Source of the DNA: Podospora anserina
Lineage: Eukaryota
Direction of reading: 5' to 3'
Length of the DNA stretch: 64,000 nt
Assembly: GCA_017654855.1 (NCBI GenBank)
Contig: CM030335.1
Coordinates: forward strand, 372,001-436,000
Made by a program: the position numbers and the translations under genes
Notes under the pieces: model-generated
Database searches by the model: none
What the model saw: the letters and a program-made list of their open reading frames with translations, nothing else
What the model was told of the DNA's origin: nothing
Shown: piece by piece, positions 1-11,784 of the stretch
Layout of the letters: every line of letters starts with the position of its first letter
Position numbering within the stretch: the first letter of the stretch is position 1

Positions 1-2206
1 ATATGTAGCGAGAAAGGTTGATATCTAACCAGAAGTATGCCGACCCATTTCAGTGTACCTATTGATCCCAAATGGCGGTTACTGCCGGAGATTTTGCTAG
101 GTACAAAAGCTCCAGATGGTTCGAGGTTAGGGATATTTAAAGCAAGCATATCCTGTGGTTGATACCACTGCGTCGTCATGGATGAGAGAGAACCAAGTCA
201 TGTCATTTGGAATAAAGGCACCTTGAATGAAGAATTGATGGCCTGGTATGACTATCTGAGATGTGCAAAAGGACAGGGAAAGGTAAGCGGTTCTATGTTG
301 CCAATGATTATGGGGTATATTGGAGGGGGAACACTTGGGCGTGGCAGAGGGTGGTCGACTGTGTTGTGGTATATGGCTGCATATGGCCCACGTTGTCCAA
401 CTGGTAGCGAAGGGGACGGTGGTGGGACAGGTGGTTTGGTTCAGGATTAGGTAAGCAAGACTGCCCGGCTGCGCATCCAAATCTCGGGGGTTCGTGGTGG
501 TCGGTCAACAGGATGATTTCCATATCGTTTGCTCGTCAGTCGAAATGTCATGTGGATGGGTGTGTATTGGGTGTGAAACTTTGCCCATCTGCGACAACAC
601 GATTCGGGGGAAGGGAACCAGGTGGGTTGGGTCGTGTTTGTGGTCTTGACGGCACATTAAGTCGATCTTTTTGCCCGCCCTCTGGGGCTTAGTGTGTCGA
701 AGAACACCAGGATGGAAACGTGACTGGGACCTGGCACGCATGGCGACAGGCATGGTTAGACCCCGGCGTACAAGAAGTGGATGAGAGACAGCGATGATGG
801 AGAACAGTAATATAGACATGAACAGAGGCCATCATCAATGGCAGCGGGCGTCGACTGCTTGTACCCCGCCTCAGTAGTCTGCCGTGAGGTCCCAAGCCGA
901 TGCAAACACACTGTTTTGATTATGTAAACCTGTGAAAAGTTCTGTTGTCTGCTTGCATTTCTGGTTTGTCACGTGCGACTGTCCAGCAAAATGTAAACAA
1001 ACCACTTGCGCCGTTGCCATTTCACAGAACAGTTTGCTACAGGGTGATTGTTTACTTTTTTTCAGGGGCATTTAGGGGACCATGCCAAGAGATGACGCTA
1101 CCCCGGATCTGCAGTTGGGCCCCCAACGACAGGGCTGTTTTAGCGAGCCCCACTCTTGACGACAGGGTAGTTGAGCCGCAATTAAGCACCATGCAGGTCA
1201 ACTTTTTGCTGTCGTGGAAAAGATGGGAGCACTTTTGATATCGAGGTTGGGAGTATATATTTTATACGACAGATGGCATTTTGGAGCATCATAAATACGT
1301 AGGAGACATGGGCAAACTTTGGATGCCAAACAGGCTGCGGAAGTGCTCTGCTTGATATGATGGACTTCTGGCTGGGATCTGTGACTGTTTGACGAATGGG
1401 ATGATTGTGTGATGAGGGGAAATAGATGTTTCTTAAACCATTAAGTCGACCTTTGCTTCCAGTCAAAGATGTCAGTCGCATCAAGGGAATGAAAGTGCCA
1501 TCTGTGGGAGGCGACAGCGAAGAGGACGACGACAGCGGGCAGAAGATGTGACTCGAGGTTATCTCTCTTCCCCAAGGTCCTGGAAACGCAGGAAAGTCGC
1601 AAAATCTGTCTCTATAGTGGCCCATCATCTCAAGCCTCGATCAAGGGACTGTTGTGATGCTGATCCTGTTGCTCAAGACCACCCACATCAACAGCAACAG
1701 ATATAAAGTCGGGCGGAGGAAGAAAACATAGATATATTACACTCTCAAATTACTGAATTGGGCTACAAAGCATCTATCTCATCATCACAATCATTCTTCA
1801 CTACCTTTGGCCTGGTCAAAAAATGCCACCCATTGCTGGAAAGTTCGTGTTTGGGGGAGAAAGGAGGATGCCCTGTTGACATTCTGAATGACCCGCAATC
1901 GCTGACGTCGCTGCTAAGATAGAGCAACATTTACAAACAAAATCTGGACCATCGCCATAGCGACTGTCAAAAGCGGGGGCCTCATTCACACAAGTATTTA
2001 TTGCCTGCTCTCTCCCAAATTTCCCAACCTTTTCCTCTTCTCTTCTCACGGCTTCTGTATTGCGCATTACATGTTTTCAGCTTCGCAGCTATTTTTCCGA
2101 TCTCAGATCTTTTCGCGTCTTGCGCATACTGCCTACTCGACTTCATTGTCATTTACACAAACGCTTTTTCACCCTCACGCCCCTTTTCGACTCGACAAAG
2201 ACCGCA

Positions 2207-4748
2207 ATGTCTTCCGCCGATAGAATCGTCTCTCTCGCCACTCGCGCCGGATCCTCCCGCCGTGATGCGACTCTCCCCTCCCCCCCCTCTGTCCCCTCCT
2301 CCCAGTCGCAGCTCGACCCATGCTTGGCCTTCCAAGATGAGGTCTTCGGTAAAAGTGGTTGTCTCCCCATTGTTACTGACGTCTCTCTTGCAGGACTCCG
2401 TGCTCGTCGCCAGCACTTGCTCGACGCCGAAGACAAGCAACGCGGCCACTTTGAAGGCCTGCGCAAGGAACTCATCGCCATCTGCCGCGAGCGACACCAC
2501 GAGCGCGGGGCCCGGCTTGACCTGCCGGTCCTCGTGTGCGACCGACGCCCTCTCGTCAAGACTTGGTCCAAGCAGGGTTGTTGGCTCCAGAAGGTTCACC
2601 GTTTCCGTAAGATTCTTCTGTCTCAGCTGGCTGTGATCGTTATTTGTTGACCTTGTTCCAGTCGTCCATCTTCTGAACGGTCCTTTCTGGTTCCTTGCGG
2701 TTGTTTACGTCTGGTGTGAGATTTATCACCGCCAGAATGTCTACCATCAGAACGACATCGTCGTTGCTGGCCGCGAGGCCGAGCTCGTTGCCAAGAGGTT
2801 CGAGCTCGAAGACGGCCGCAGCCGCCCACTGCCGGTCGCACGGGGTCCGCCAGTCGAGACCCTACCTACACGTAAGTCTTTTGTCTTTTATCTTTTTTTC
2901 TTTTTCCTTTTCGCTTTCATCTCTCCTCTTTCCTCCTTCATATCTCCTCTTTCCTCCTTCGTCTCTCCCTCTTTCCTCCTTCATCCTTTGGCTTTCCTCT
3001 TTTGTCTTGTTTGTTTGCCATTTGACTGATCATTGTTTGTTCCAGTGCCGACACCTGAGCCTTTCGTGTTCAGGTCAAATCCCTTCGCCGTTCCTTTTGG
3101 GATTTTCCGGGGCTTGATGCCTCCCAGCTATCAGCCTGTCACCAGCCAGGTTGATGTCGCCGAGCCCCCAACAATGCTCATGATCGAGCCTGCTCCCGTG
3201 TTCGTCACGGTCCCATCCCAGCAGCTCGTTCTTTTCGAGAGCATGCCGGCAGCCCAGCCCGCGTTCACGCCTGCTGCTGGTCCTTCGAAGATGGACGTGT
3301 TGTGCTCCTCTCTCGGGGCGCTCGCCGTCCAATGCGCCCACACGCCCATGGCTTCGATTCGGCAGGAGTCTTGGGCTGTTCAACGGTTCGGTCGTCCCGC
3401 TTTTGACCTCCAGCCAGCAGCTCTCATGCCCGCGCCGAGACTGCCTGGCTTGTCTTCGTTGGTCCAGCCAACGGTCGTTGCTTCGGTAGTGACTAGCAGC
3501 GAAGTCATGGAGACCGAGATCGTTCGCCCGGCTGTTCAGCTGCCACCCAAGCCCGCTGGCCAGCTGCCTCTTCCACCCCTGGCCCCGATTCCCGTCCCGG
3601 CCATGGCTGTCCCGACACCCCTTGCTGCCACAGACAACGTGGTTGCTCCTCCTGCCCCTGAGATGGAGGTTCGACCCCAGCAAGCGGCTGTCCAGCCTTT
3701 GAAGAGGAACCGAGTTGTTGCCCCTGTCAACTTGGTTATTCAGCAAGTCCCCCAGCCGGAGCTTGTCGTTCCACCAAGACGTCCTGCTGCCCCAGTCAAT
3801 CTGGTGAGGGTCCCTCCCGCCCCGGTGCAAACCTCGCCCCAGCAGCCTCTTCCCCCTGTGCAGCCGTCACCACCTGCGCGGGTTCCCCGGAACACGCCTG
3901 CTGGCCCTCTCAACCTGGTGATTGCTCCTCCCACTCTGGCGTCGAGCTCTCGCCCCCAGCAGGCACAAGCTCCCAAGCAGCAGACGCCACCGGCTCCTGC
4001 TTCCCGTGCTCCCTCCCCGCCTCCGATCCCTTCTCGTCCCCACTGGAAGCTGGTGAAGAAGCTTTCGCCGAGCGAGGCCCAGGCCAAGCTCACGCTTCCG
4101 ACGCTCGCCCTGCCGAGTGTCCCCAAAGTCACACCTGAGGTCGCCCCATTGCCTCAACCAGCACCGGTGGTTCCTGTCCCCGTGGCACCCGCTCCGGTCG
4201 CTGTCCCTCTCCCGCCTGCCGCCGCTCCCGCCATCTCCGACGCCGTCCCGGAGCAGCAGGCTCCCATCCCACCGCCTGGTTCTCGCCCCGTGGCACCCAT
4301 GCGTCGCCGTCGCGCCTTTGGAAACACGGTGCCCCTTCTCCCGGACGCCTCTGTTCTCGAACAGAAGCCCCTCCCCGCAACTGTCGTCGCTGCTGCCGCC
4401 GAGTCTTCTGGCTCTGTGATGAAGGCTCCGGCCCCCACCCCTCTCCCACCAGCTCGGACGGCCCACTGGGCCGGTCTGGAGTTGCGCGCTCTTGCCGATC
4501 GCCTGATCAAGGAGTGTGTCGATGTTGACGCCTGGCGTCGGCGTCTCTTTGGCGACATTGAGATGTACATTGGTGGGGAGGAGGACGACGACACCCTCTT
4601 CAGCCCGGAGCAAGCGTCGGAAGTGATGAAGACCTTGTTTTGGAGCGTGAGGAGTTCTGATGTTGGTTTCCAGCGTCAGAAGGACAATACTCTCAACAAG
4701 GTTGTCCGGATTGCGAGGAAGGAGGGATTGGTGATTGAGAGGTTGTGA
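2207..4748 (+). CDS. Proline-rich hypothetical protein, about 770 aa, 3 exons (2207-2606, 2662-2871, 3046-4748)
   Basis: ATG at 2207 (MSSADRIV). GT-AG introns 2607-2661 and 2872-3045 join the exons in frame to the 571-aa P/A/V-rich ORF, which ends in a short helical C-terminal domain. Confidence 0.7.
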
Positions 4749-6207
4749 TTTGGGTTGGCGTTTGGAGTTGTTGGAATTTGGAGTTGTTGGAGTTTGGAGT
4801 TGATGGATTTGGATTGATGGATTGGGTTGGATGGAGGATTGGGTTGGAGGATTTGGCATGGGTTTTGGGATTGGGATTTTGGGATGGAGTTTGGGTACGG
4901 CCTGGAGGATTGGGTCTGGAGTTTGGGTTTTGGGTTGGAGGATTTTGTACAGAGGATTGGGATGGGAGGACTTTGGGATTTAAGCTCGGGAGGAGCTTCG
5001 AGGTACAGTATGCCCTTTTTGGTTTTTGCTAACGGTGTACAGGTCGGTTTTTCTTTTCTTTCAACGTGTCCTGGGATGAGGGGGATCTGGGTTCGGTCGA
5101 CAACTGGGTTTACGCTGCACGGCGTCTGAGGTTTGGAGCTTTGGGCACGGCGAACACTGGTTGGGGAGCATCGGTCGGATTATCATGGTTTCTTTTGGTG
5201 CCCAGGACATCGTCGGGTCGGAGGAGGACGACGGAGGACTTTTTGTTGGGGTGGATTCATTCGGCAGCATGCCATGGTGCAAGGACTCTGGAGTTTGTAG
5301 CTTTGGGGACTCTTTGGGTGCTGGGAGGACCGAGATGGAAGACTCTGGCGGATTGGACGACGACGGACGACGGACGACAGCGACAGCCATCAGCGACATT
5401 CTGGTGGTGCCAGCCCGAGCTGGTTGTTAAGATAGGACGACAGTCGTCGCGGCCATGGGGGATTGCAGCCTAACCTCTGCCCACCTGTGGATTTGCTACC
5501 TGTGACGTGGGTTTTGTTAGGTTTCCCCACGCCCCAACGCCAAGTGGTGTTGCCGAATGGGCAGGTATGCACAGCAAAAAACGGTCAGTGTATTAGTTTT
5601 GTTGACGATATGGGGGTGTTTGGGGGTTGTTTCAATGTATTTTATGGGGGTGGTTGTTTTGGTGTTGACATTTTGTGCCTCTTGTAATGTGACTTGTTTG
5701 ATGTGAAATGGTGATAGTTTTCTTGGTGTTGAGAAATGACTTGAGTGAGTTTGACCCCGTCCCTCTGTGCCTGTCCTTCTATCCCTCTGTCCCTCTGTCC
5801 CTCTGTCCATCTCTCTTGTGATCTTGTTCGTTCAAATATCTCTAATCTCAACCACCGCTTTCCATACTTACCTGATGATTCCATTCCGTAATGATTCCAT
5901 TCCGTTCTCTACATCATCTTTCGATCCCGCATAAGTAGAGAGCGACATTGCAAAAGTCATGTGCATTTTTCCTCCTTGAGGCTCCCATCACACTTCAATC
6001 TTGGCGACGACACTCGCCGCATCAGCTCCGCTCTGTTGGTATAACCTCACTTCGATCTCTTCAAGCTTCATGCTTCGCTACCTACCATTTCTTTCTCTCC
6101 AATCCGTGGCCGCCATCCAGATTATTCGTGCTTGGACTCTACTTTGCAGATTCTCCATGCTGTCCCATCCCTGCAAAGTGCACCCGCACACAGCTCATCG
6201 TGACGTG

Positions 6208-6748
6208 ATGGCCACCATCTCAAACTCCCAACTTGATGACCAGCAACCCAAACCACGAACTTTCACGATACATCTCTGCAACACAACCGGTGCTCTCTTC
6301 AGAACGTCCATCAATTTTATCGCCTCATTTGCCCAATTTCCAAGCCATATTATCAACTTGCACACGTTGTACGAAGCGGTCAACACCATGCACGAAATCG
6401 GCGATGCAGTCATATACAAAGGCATGCTATTCCCCTATTTCTTGCACATTGCATACTAATTCTGACGACGTCTCAAAACAGGTGCGGAAGGCGACGAGGC
6501 CCTCGGCATCGTAAGGTCAGTCATGGAGCCAACGAGCAAGACCGCCGCGACGTTATACGAGGTATGTGATGTGCCCCCTTTGTACCCTCCCGAAATTTCT
6601 CTTCCCCCCCCAAACCCCCCAACCCCCTCCCCGCCTCTTTTGCTGACCCGCCCTCCAGATCCAAGACATCGAATCAGGCGAAACCTTCACCGTCGTCGAG
6701 ACTAGAGTCCACAACCCCCCCACCATCCCGAGTAGTAGTACATCATGA
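6208..6748 (+). CDS. Small hypothetical protein, 3 exons, first intron GC-AG
   Basis: MATISNSQ... reads in frame if 6422-6481 (GCATGC...CTAAT...CAG) and a second GTATGT...GCTGAC...CAG intron (about 6562-6658) are spliced; stop TGA at 6746-6748. Confidence 0.4.
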
Positions 6749-6936
6749 TGATTCGGCCAGCCTATTTTCTCTCTCCAATATATCTTGGCGTTCGCGGAGG
6801 AAAAAAAGGGGGAAAAGTGGATCCTGTAAATAAAACCCGCGGGGGGGCTGACTCATGCGGCGTGTCTTTTCCCCCCAGCCACACTGGCCCCATGAAATAA
6901 TGAACACCTGTTGCAAAGTCTCATCGAAATTGAACT

Positions 6937-7068
6937 GGCTCAATGGTCTAGTGGTATGATTCGCGCTTCGGGAATTAAACTTGAACTTTAAAAAAAAAGT
7001 CGAGAAGCCCCATCAGAGTTTCTGATGATGATTGTGCGAGGTCTCGGGTTCGAATCCCGATTGAGCCC
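6937..7068 (+). tRNA. tRNA-Pro(CGG) with 60-nt intron (6973-7032)
   Basis: GGCTCAA/TTGAGCC acceptor stem, A-box TGGTCTAGTGG, anticodon arm CGCGC-TT-CGG-G|intron|T-GTGCG, T-loop GGTTCGAATCC; matches the eukaryotic tRNA-Pro consensus. Confidence 0.93.
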
Positions 7069-7075
7069 TTTTTTT
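7069..7075 (+). terminator. Pol III oligo-T terminator
   Basis: T7 run immediately after the tRNA 3' end. Confidence 0.8.
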
Positions 7076-7222
7076 GATCTTGGTTATTTTCATCACACTT
7101 TTTTAGTGATGATGATGGTGGTTGCTATTCTTTTGGTGATGGTGGTGGTTATTTCATTTGGTGGTGGTTATTCCATTTGGTGGTTATTCCATTTGGTGGT
7201 GGTGGTAGTGGTGGTGGGAGGG

Positions 7223-7282
7223 GGGTTGGGTTGGGTTGGGTTGGGTTGGGTTGGGTTGGGTTGGGTTGGGTTGGGTTGGGTT
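7223..7282. repeat. (GGGTT)12 microsatellite
   Basis: Perfect pentamer tandem array read directly. Confidence 0.95.
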
Positions 7283-7342
7283 GCAAATAGGAGCAGCTGT
7301 GGTGATATCTATCTCTTGTTGATGTTGTATTATGTCTTGGCG

Positions 7343-8298
7343 CTAATAACTATCCCTTCTCCTCCTTTTGCGCTTGCGCGCAAAGAAGGTATCCTCCACT
7401 GTTGAGCCCTCTGAAACAGTCCATATCAAGACTTCGGGGCGGTCAGGGGCTGGGGAGGTCGGAGGTGGAGTTGCGACTGCAAATGGATCCCAGTATTTTG
7501 TCAGTATAAAAAGGGGAAAGTTGGACGGTTGGGAAAAGAGAACTGCTGCTCACCTTGTTGACTCCCCTGCCCACCATCAACGCTACTCTGCGTGGTGCTC
7601 AGCCGCTCCGTGTCGGACTCGTCCTGCTCGGAGAGCATCCTCTCCATGCTCCTACTCGGTGAAACTGGTATATGCCCTGTCGAACTCGTAGGAAAGAGAA
7701 GCAGCTGGTTGTTGCTGCTAGTAGGGCTCGGGTTGTAGTACCCAATGCCGCCGCTGGGCGACTCGGAGCTCATCACCTCCAAGTCCCCGAACGGCAACGA
7801 CGGACTCCTTCCCTGGGGTGGTTCCCTCGACCGGTTTTGCAGCAAAGTTTTGGCAGCCACGAAACGCTGGTAGTGGACTTGGAGTTCTTGCATGTTGGCG
7901 TCATGTTGGGATTGCCCCCCTACAACCCAGCCAAACCGTTTCCTCACTGTGGTCTTTGGACGTTTGGCGCCTTTATCATCTCGACGTTTTGGGGATTGGT
8001 CTTCTGGTTTGGCCTGAAGGGAACGGGCGCTGGAGGTAATGAGATCGTCCAGGTTTCGGATGGCTTCTTGGATTTCTTCAAAGTCATGATTGCTTGCGGT
8101 TTCAGATCTTTTGACGTCGAAGACTCTGTCGCGGAGGGCTTTTGCGTTGGTGATTTCGGCTTGGACGCTGGAGATTAAGCGGACGGCGCGTTGGATTTCT
8201 TCTGGGGCACCTTTCAAAGCTTGGATGGTTTGGGCGGCTGTGAAAGACTCGTTGAAGAGGCTTAGGCCTGTGGTGATGGGTTCTATCACTGCTGACAT
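7343..8298 (-). CDS. Protein with N-terminal helical HeLo/SesA-like (fungal STAND N-terminal) domain and disordered tail
   Basis: MSAVIEPITTGLSLFNES...ALKGAPEEIQRAVRLISSVQAEI...RKRFGWV pattern resembles fungal HeLo-like N-termini; one GT-AG intron (about 7477-7553); the last exon ends in basic RKRKRRRRDSY*. Confidence 0.55.
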
Positions 8299-8871
8299 GG
8301 TTCGTTTTGTGGAGAGACAATGCCGGGACAAAGGGTCTCTGCAGACAGGACTTCTCTGGGGTATCATTGCTTTTATGGTAGGACTAGAAGGCTCGGTGTG
8401 TTGGGGGGTGGCATGGTCCGCGATCCATCTCGGTCAGTGTTCCACAGGCGTCGATGGAGACGGCTGAGACGCATCATACTTCCCTTGGCGGTAGTCGGGG
8501 GCATGTTACCGCCCTGGCGGTGCATAATGACCCGAAGGCTTGATTTGTCTGGACGCCCCGGAACTCTGGCAGGATGCGACCACACCTTTGGCTTCGCCAC
8601 GATGGGCCGGCGAAGGAGTGCCTGTCCCTGATTGGGCTGTGCCTTCAAGGCACTATTGGCTCCTCCACAGCCGCTGCGCGCCATCCCCGCAGCCGCAACA
8701 CGCACTCACTGACATGATGCAGCCCACAGGGAGCTTGGCTGGTTCAGGTAGTTAGGCGTGACGAGCAGGTGAGGTCGGCAGTTGTCCTCAAGGCTCACCA
8801 GATCGACATGGGAAGAATGCGAGGTCGTTGACCGCTCATCATGAAGCTATTCTAGTGTTATAGCTGAAGCA

Positions 8872-11020
8872 TCACCCAGGCGTCGACTTGAGTCCCTCCT
8901 CCTCCCACTCTATCGTAAAAGAGTTCTTGTCCGCGTACTGCTTGTCATCAATCCACATCTCAAACCGGGCATCCAGAGCTCCTACCACAAAGCAGACATC
9001 ATACTTGATCTCGTAATACTCCTGCTTTTCCTTTGTGAGCCTTCCAAAGATTCCAGGCCTTTTTACATATCTGGTGTGTGTTTCAATGTGTCGTCTGTCT
9101 ACCGTTGAGAGATCAGATTCGACCGTGCAGAGGGGGAAGACGTCCACTGCCGTGCTGTTAGTTTCCAAACTTGTAGTGGTACCGAAATAGGGGCGAACAT
9201 ACCATCTGTTTTGCTGCTGGGCAAGTCATCTTTGTCTCGGTGACATATCACAAGCTCTCTTCTAGAAACTCCCGGATGGTGACGGTTGTTGAAGGCTTTA
9301 CTAAACCCTTGCCAGCGCACCCCTTCTTGTGTATTGATGTCTTGCCCCTGTGTCTGGTGAGGTCCTGTTCGGAAACGTTGGTGCTGATCAAGAATACCAT
9401 AAAGACTCACCTTTTTAATCACCCACTTGATCCGGTTCTCTACCACATACTCACCGTCAAGCCCGGACTGGATCTTTTCCCACTCCTCGTGCCGATGTGG
9501 ATCCCATTTCTCTTGTGTGACAACGCCATAGGAAACTCGAGCCTTTCTGACGCCCAGCACTGGCTTGCCATGCCGTGCCTTTTGCTTGCGGTCAAGGACA
9601 AGACCCTTTGCGACAGCAAGTGGCGGCTCGTCCCCGTCTGCAGCCACCACCTTGATGGGGAGTGGGAATGCCTCCCTAATCTTTTGCTGAACATATGCTG
9701 AGCTTCCCAGTCCGCCGGATAAGATGAAGTATTTCTGGAACGCGTCAGTATCGTAATCTCTCCTTTCGCCGTTGAACAGTCTCAGGGACTCACAGGGCGT
9801 GGGACATCAGCCTTGACACCATGCTCCAACATCTGACGTATGGCGTTGATGATGCCCTCCACTTCAGGATCAAATAGACCTTGGAAGTCGGAACTGATGG
9901 GCGATGTTAGAGGGGTGCTAAATTTCTCTCAGAATTTGGCATGGGTGTACTTACTAAGAGAAGTTCATCTTGCCATCTGTTATCCTCGCCGAGGTGCTCG
10001 AGGTCCCCCCTGATCTGATGGGCACTGTTATTCTCGGCGTTCGAAATTGAGCTTCTGAAAAGTTGCCAAATTCATGTTTCCATGTCTGAAACTCTTCGCT
10101 ATGCATCATTGTGTCCTCAGCATTCCTGTGAAAGACAAGGTGAGAGCGGCCAGCATTGGTGTCTGCCCTTGCCAGCGCCAACCGGCCATGAACCATCTTT
10201 GCGAACGCTAAATCGATGTTCGTTGAGCCAATGTTGATACCCTGCACAATGGCGCGCTCTCTAAGCTCGGCAATCTCGGCAGTGCCGCACTGCTCAAGCA
10301 AGGCAAAATCAGTGGTACCACCGCCTGCATCACAGGTCAAGATGACGTCCCCAGTCCGAAGGGTGATGTCCCCGTCCTTGGCGGTGTACACTGCCGCGGC
10401 CTGAGGTTCTGACAAACCCCATGAGACGCTGTGATTCTTTCCTCCAGTTCCGAAGCCGGCCTTTTTGATTTCTTTCATGAGAGCATCGCTGATTTCGAGG
10501 GACTGAAAGGTGGCCGGAAGACTGAAGACGAACTCGACCTTCTTGTGCCTCCACTCCTCGTTCTTTTGGAGGTTTCTGCTGATGTGTTTGTAGAGGCGCT
10601 CCATGTAATCTCGGTAATACTTCCGGACTTGTTCAATGGTTTCGAACTCGGGCTCCTCGCCATTTTCTCGGGCTCGTCGGATCATGATCTTGAGATACTT
10701 CTCATCAAGATATCGCTTGAACCACTCCACAGTCTTTTCGTGGTTGTTGCAGGTGAAGCCCCATGCTGTTGGTACATCATGCTTGTGGTCGTAGAGCAGA
10801 GTTGACGGTACTTTGTTGTGTGTTCCGGACTTTTGGTCTGGTAGTGGCCATTGTTGGATCATGCGGGGGCTTTCTTGGTGCTTTTTGGCGACAGCCACGC
10901 CTGTTGGGACTTGTCAGTCTGCAGATACTCAATTTCTCTTGGAGTAAAACGCTCACCTGTGCATGTCATGCCAAAGTCGATGCCGACCGTCAAGTCGGCT
11001 TCATCTGGTCTTGGAGCCAT
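8872..11020 (-). CDS. Atypical Hsp70 (HSPA12-like, actin-like ATPase), multi-exon
   Basis: Motifs VGIDFGMTCTG, KVPSTLLY, LSEPQAAA, CDAGGGTTD, ILSGGLGSSAY and RVSYGV are spread over ORFs 10859-11053, 9954-10898, 9099-9650 and 8872-9168, with GT-AG introns between them. Confidence 0.88.
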
Positions 11021-11784
11021 GGCTGATAGGGGTAAACACGCCTCACTCTGCACAGTGTTTGCTAAACAACAAGCGAGAGGCCCGATATGAGAAATAATCG
11101 GGTCGAAATTGGTACACTCAAGGAGGGCCCGTGTGATGGTGTCAGTGACGACTGCTCTGGACGATGAGGTGAGAGGAGTCTGGATTTAACCCAGCATGAA
11201 TGGGAAAAAGCACAAAGGTTCCATGGAATTACAAGTAGCAAATCACCAGCCGCAAGGCTACGGTTGCGGCACAAACTCGCAGCACCGCCCCCGACAATAT
11301 TGCATTAATCGACCGGATCCAGCCCCGAAGGAGAACTCGGGGCTGCCTCTGAAGGTGCCCCGCGAACCCAGCCTATTTGCCAGAATCACACCACGGCACC
11401 ACGGTCGCCTTATGGATCTTGATGGTGTGGGCGGTTTGGGATGCTCATCGGAGGGGGCATGAATATCGCGTGCCGTGTTTGCCTACCTAGTATGCATGCA
11501 TCCACCTGCAGCAAGCTGCGCCTCTTCAGGCTTGCACGGCACTGTGTCACCCGCCTCTTGAAGGCTTTGTAGGTGACAAGCGCCTGCATTCCACGTCATT
11601 GTCCCCTGACAACCACACCGAATTTCCGTCCCGGATCCTTCTTGTTTCCTTGACCATTCTTCATATTCATCATACCGAAAGATAGACAAGGCTTTGGCAC
11701 CGTCCCCACGAACTCTGTCTTCAAGAATTTGCAAGCAACTGAGTCATTCATACCTTCTACAGTGTCGATACCGCCCGAGTGACA

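Noticed and set aside
1..2000. Short ORFs at the window start
   Set aside because: No recognisable motif or consistent exon structure; may include a gene relic but cannot be supported.
3075..4859. Long antisense and alternate-frame ORFs over the Pro-rich gene (similar shadows over the LPMO, P450 and pol)
   Set aside because: Shadow ORFs from GC-rich codon bias; no protein motifs.
4745..5690. G/W/L-rich ORFs after the Pro-rich gene
   Set aside because: GT-rich low-complexity 3' flank; translations have no recognisable features.
7223..7282. Telomere-like G-rich repeat
   Set aside because: The unit is TTGGG, not the TTAGGG telomere repeat; it is an internal microsatellite in a 3' flank.
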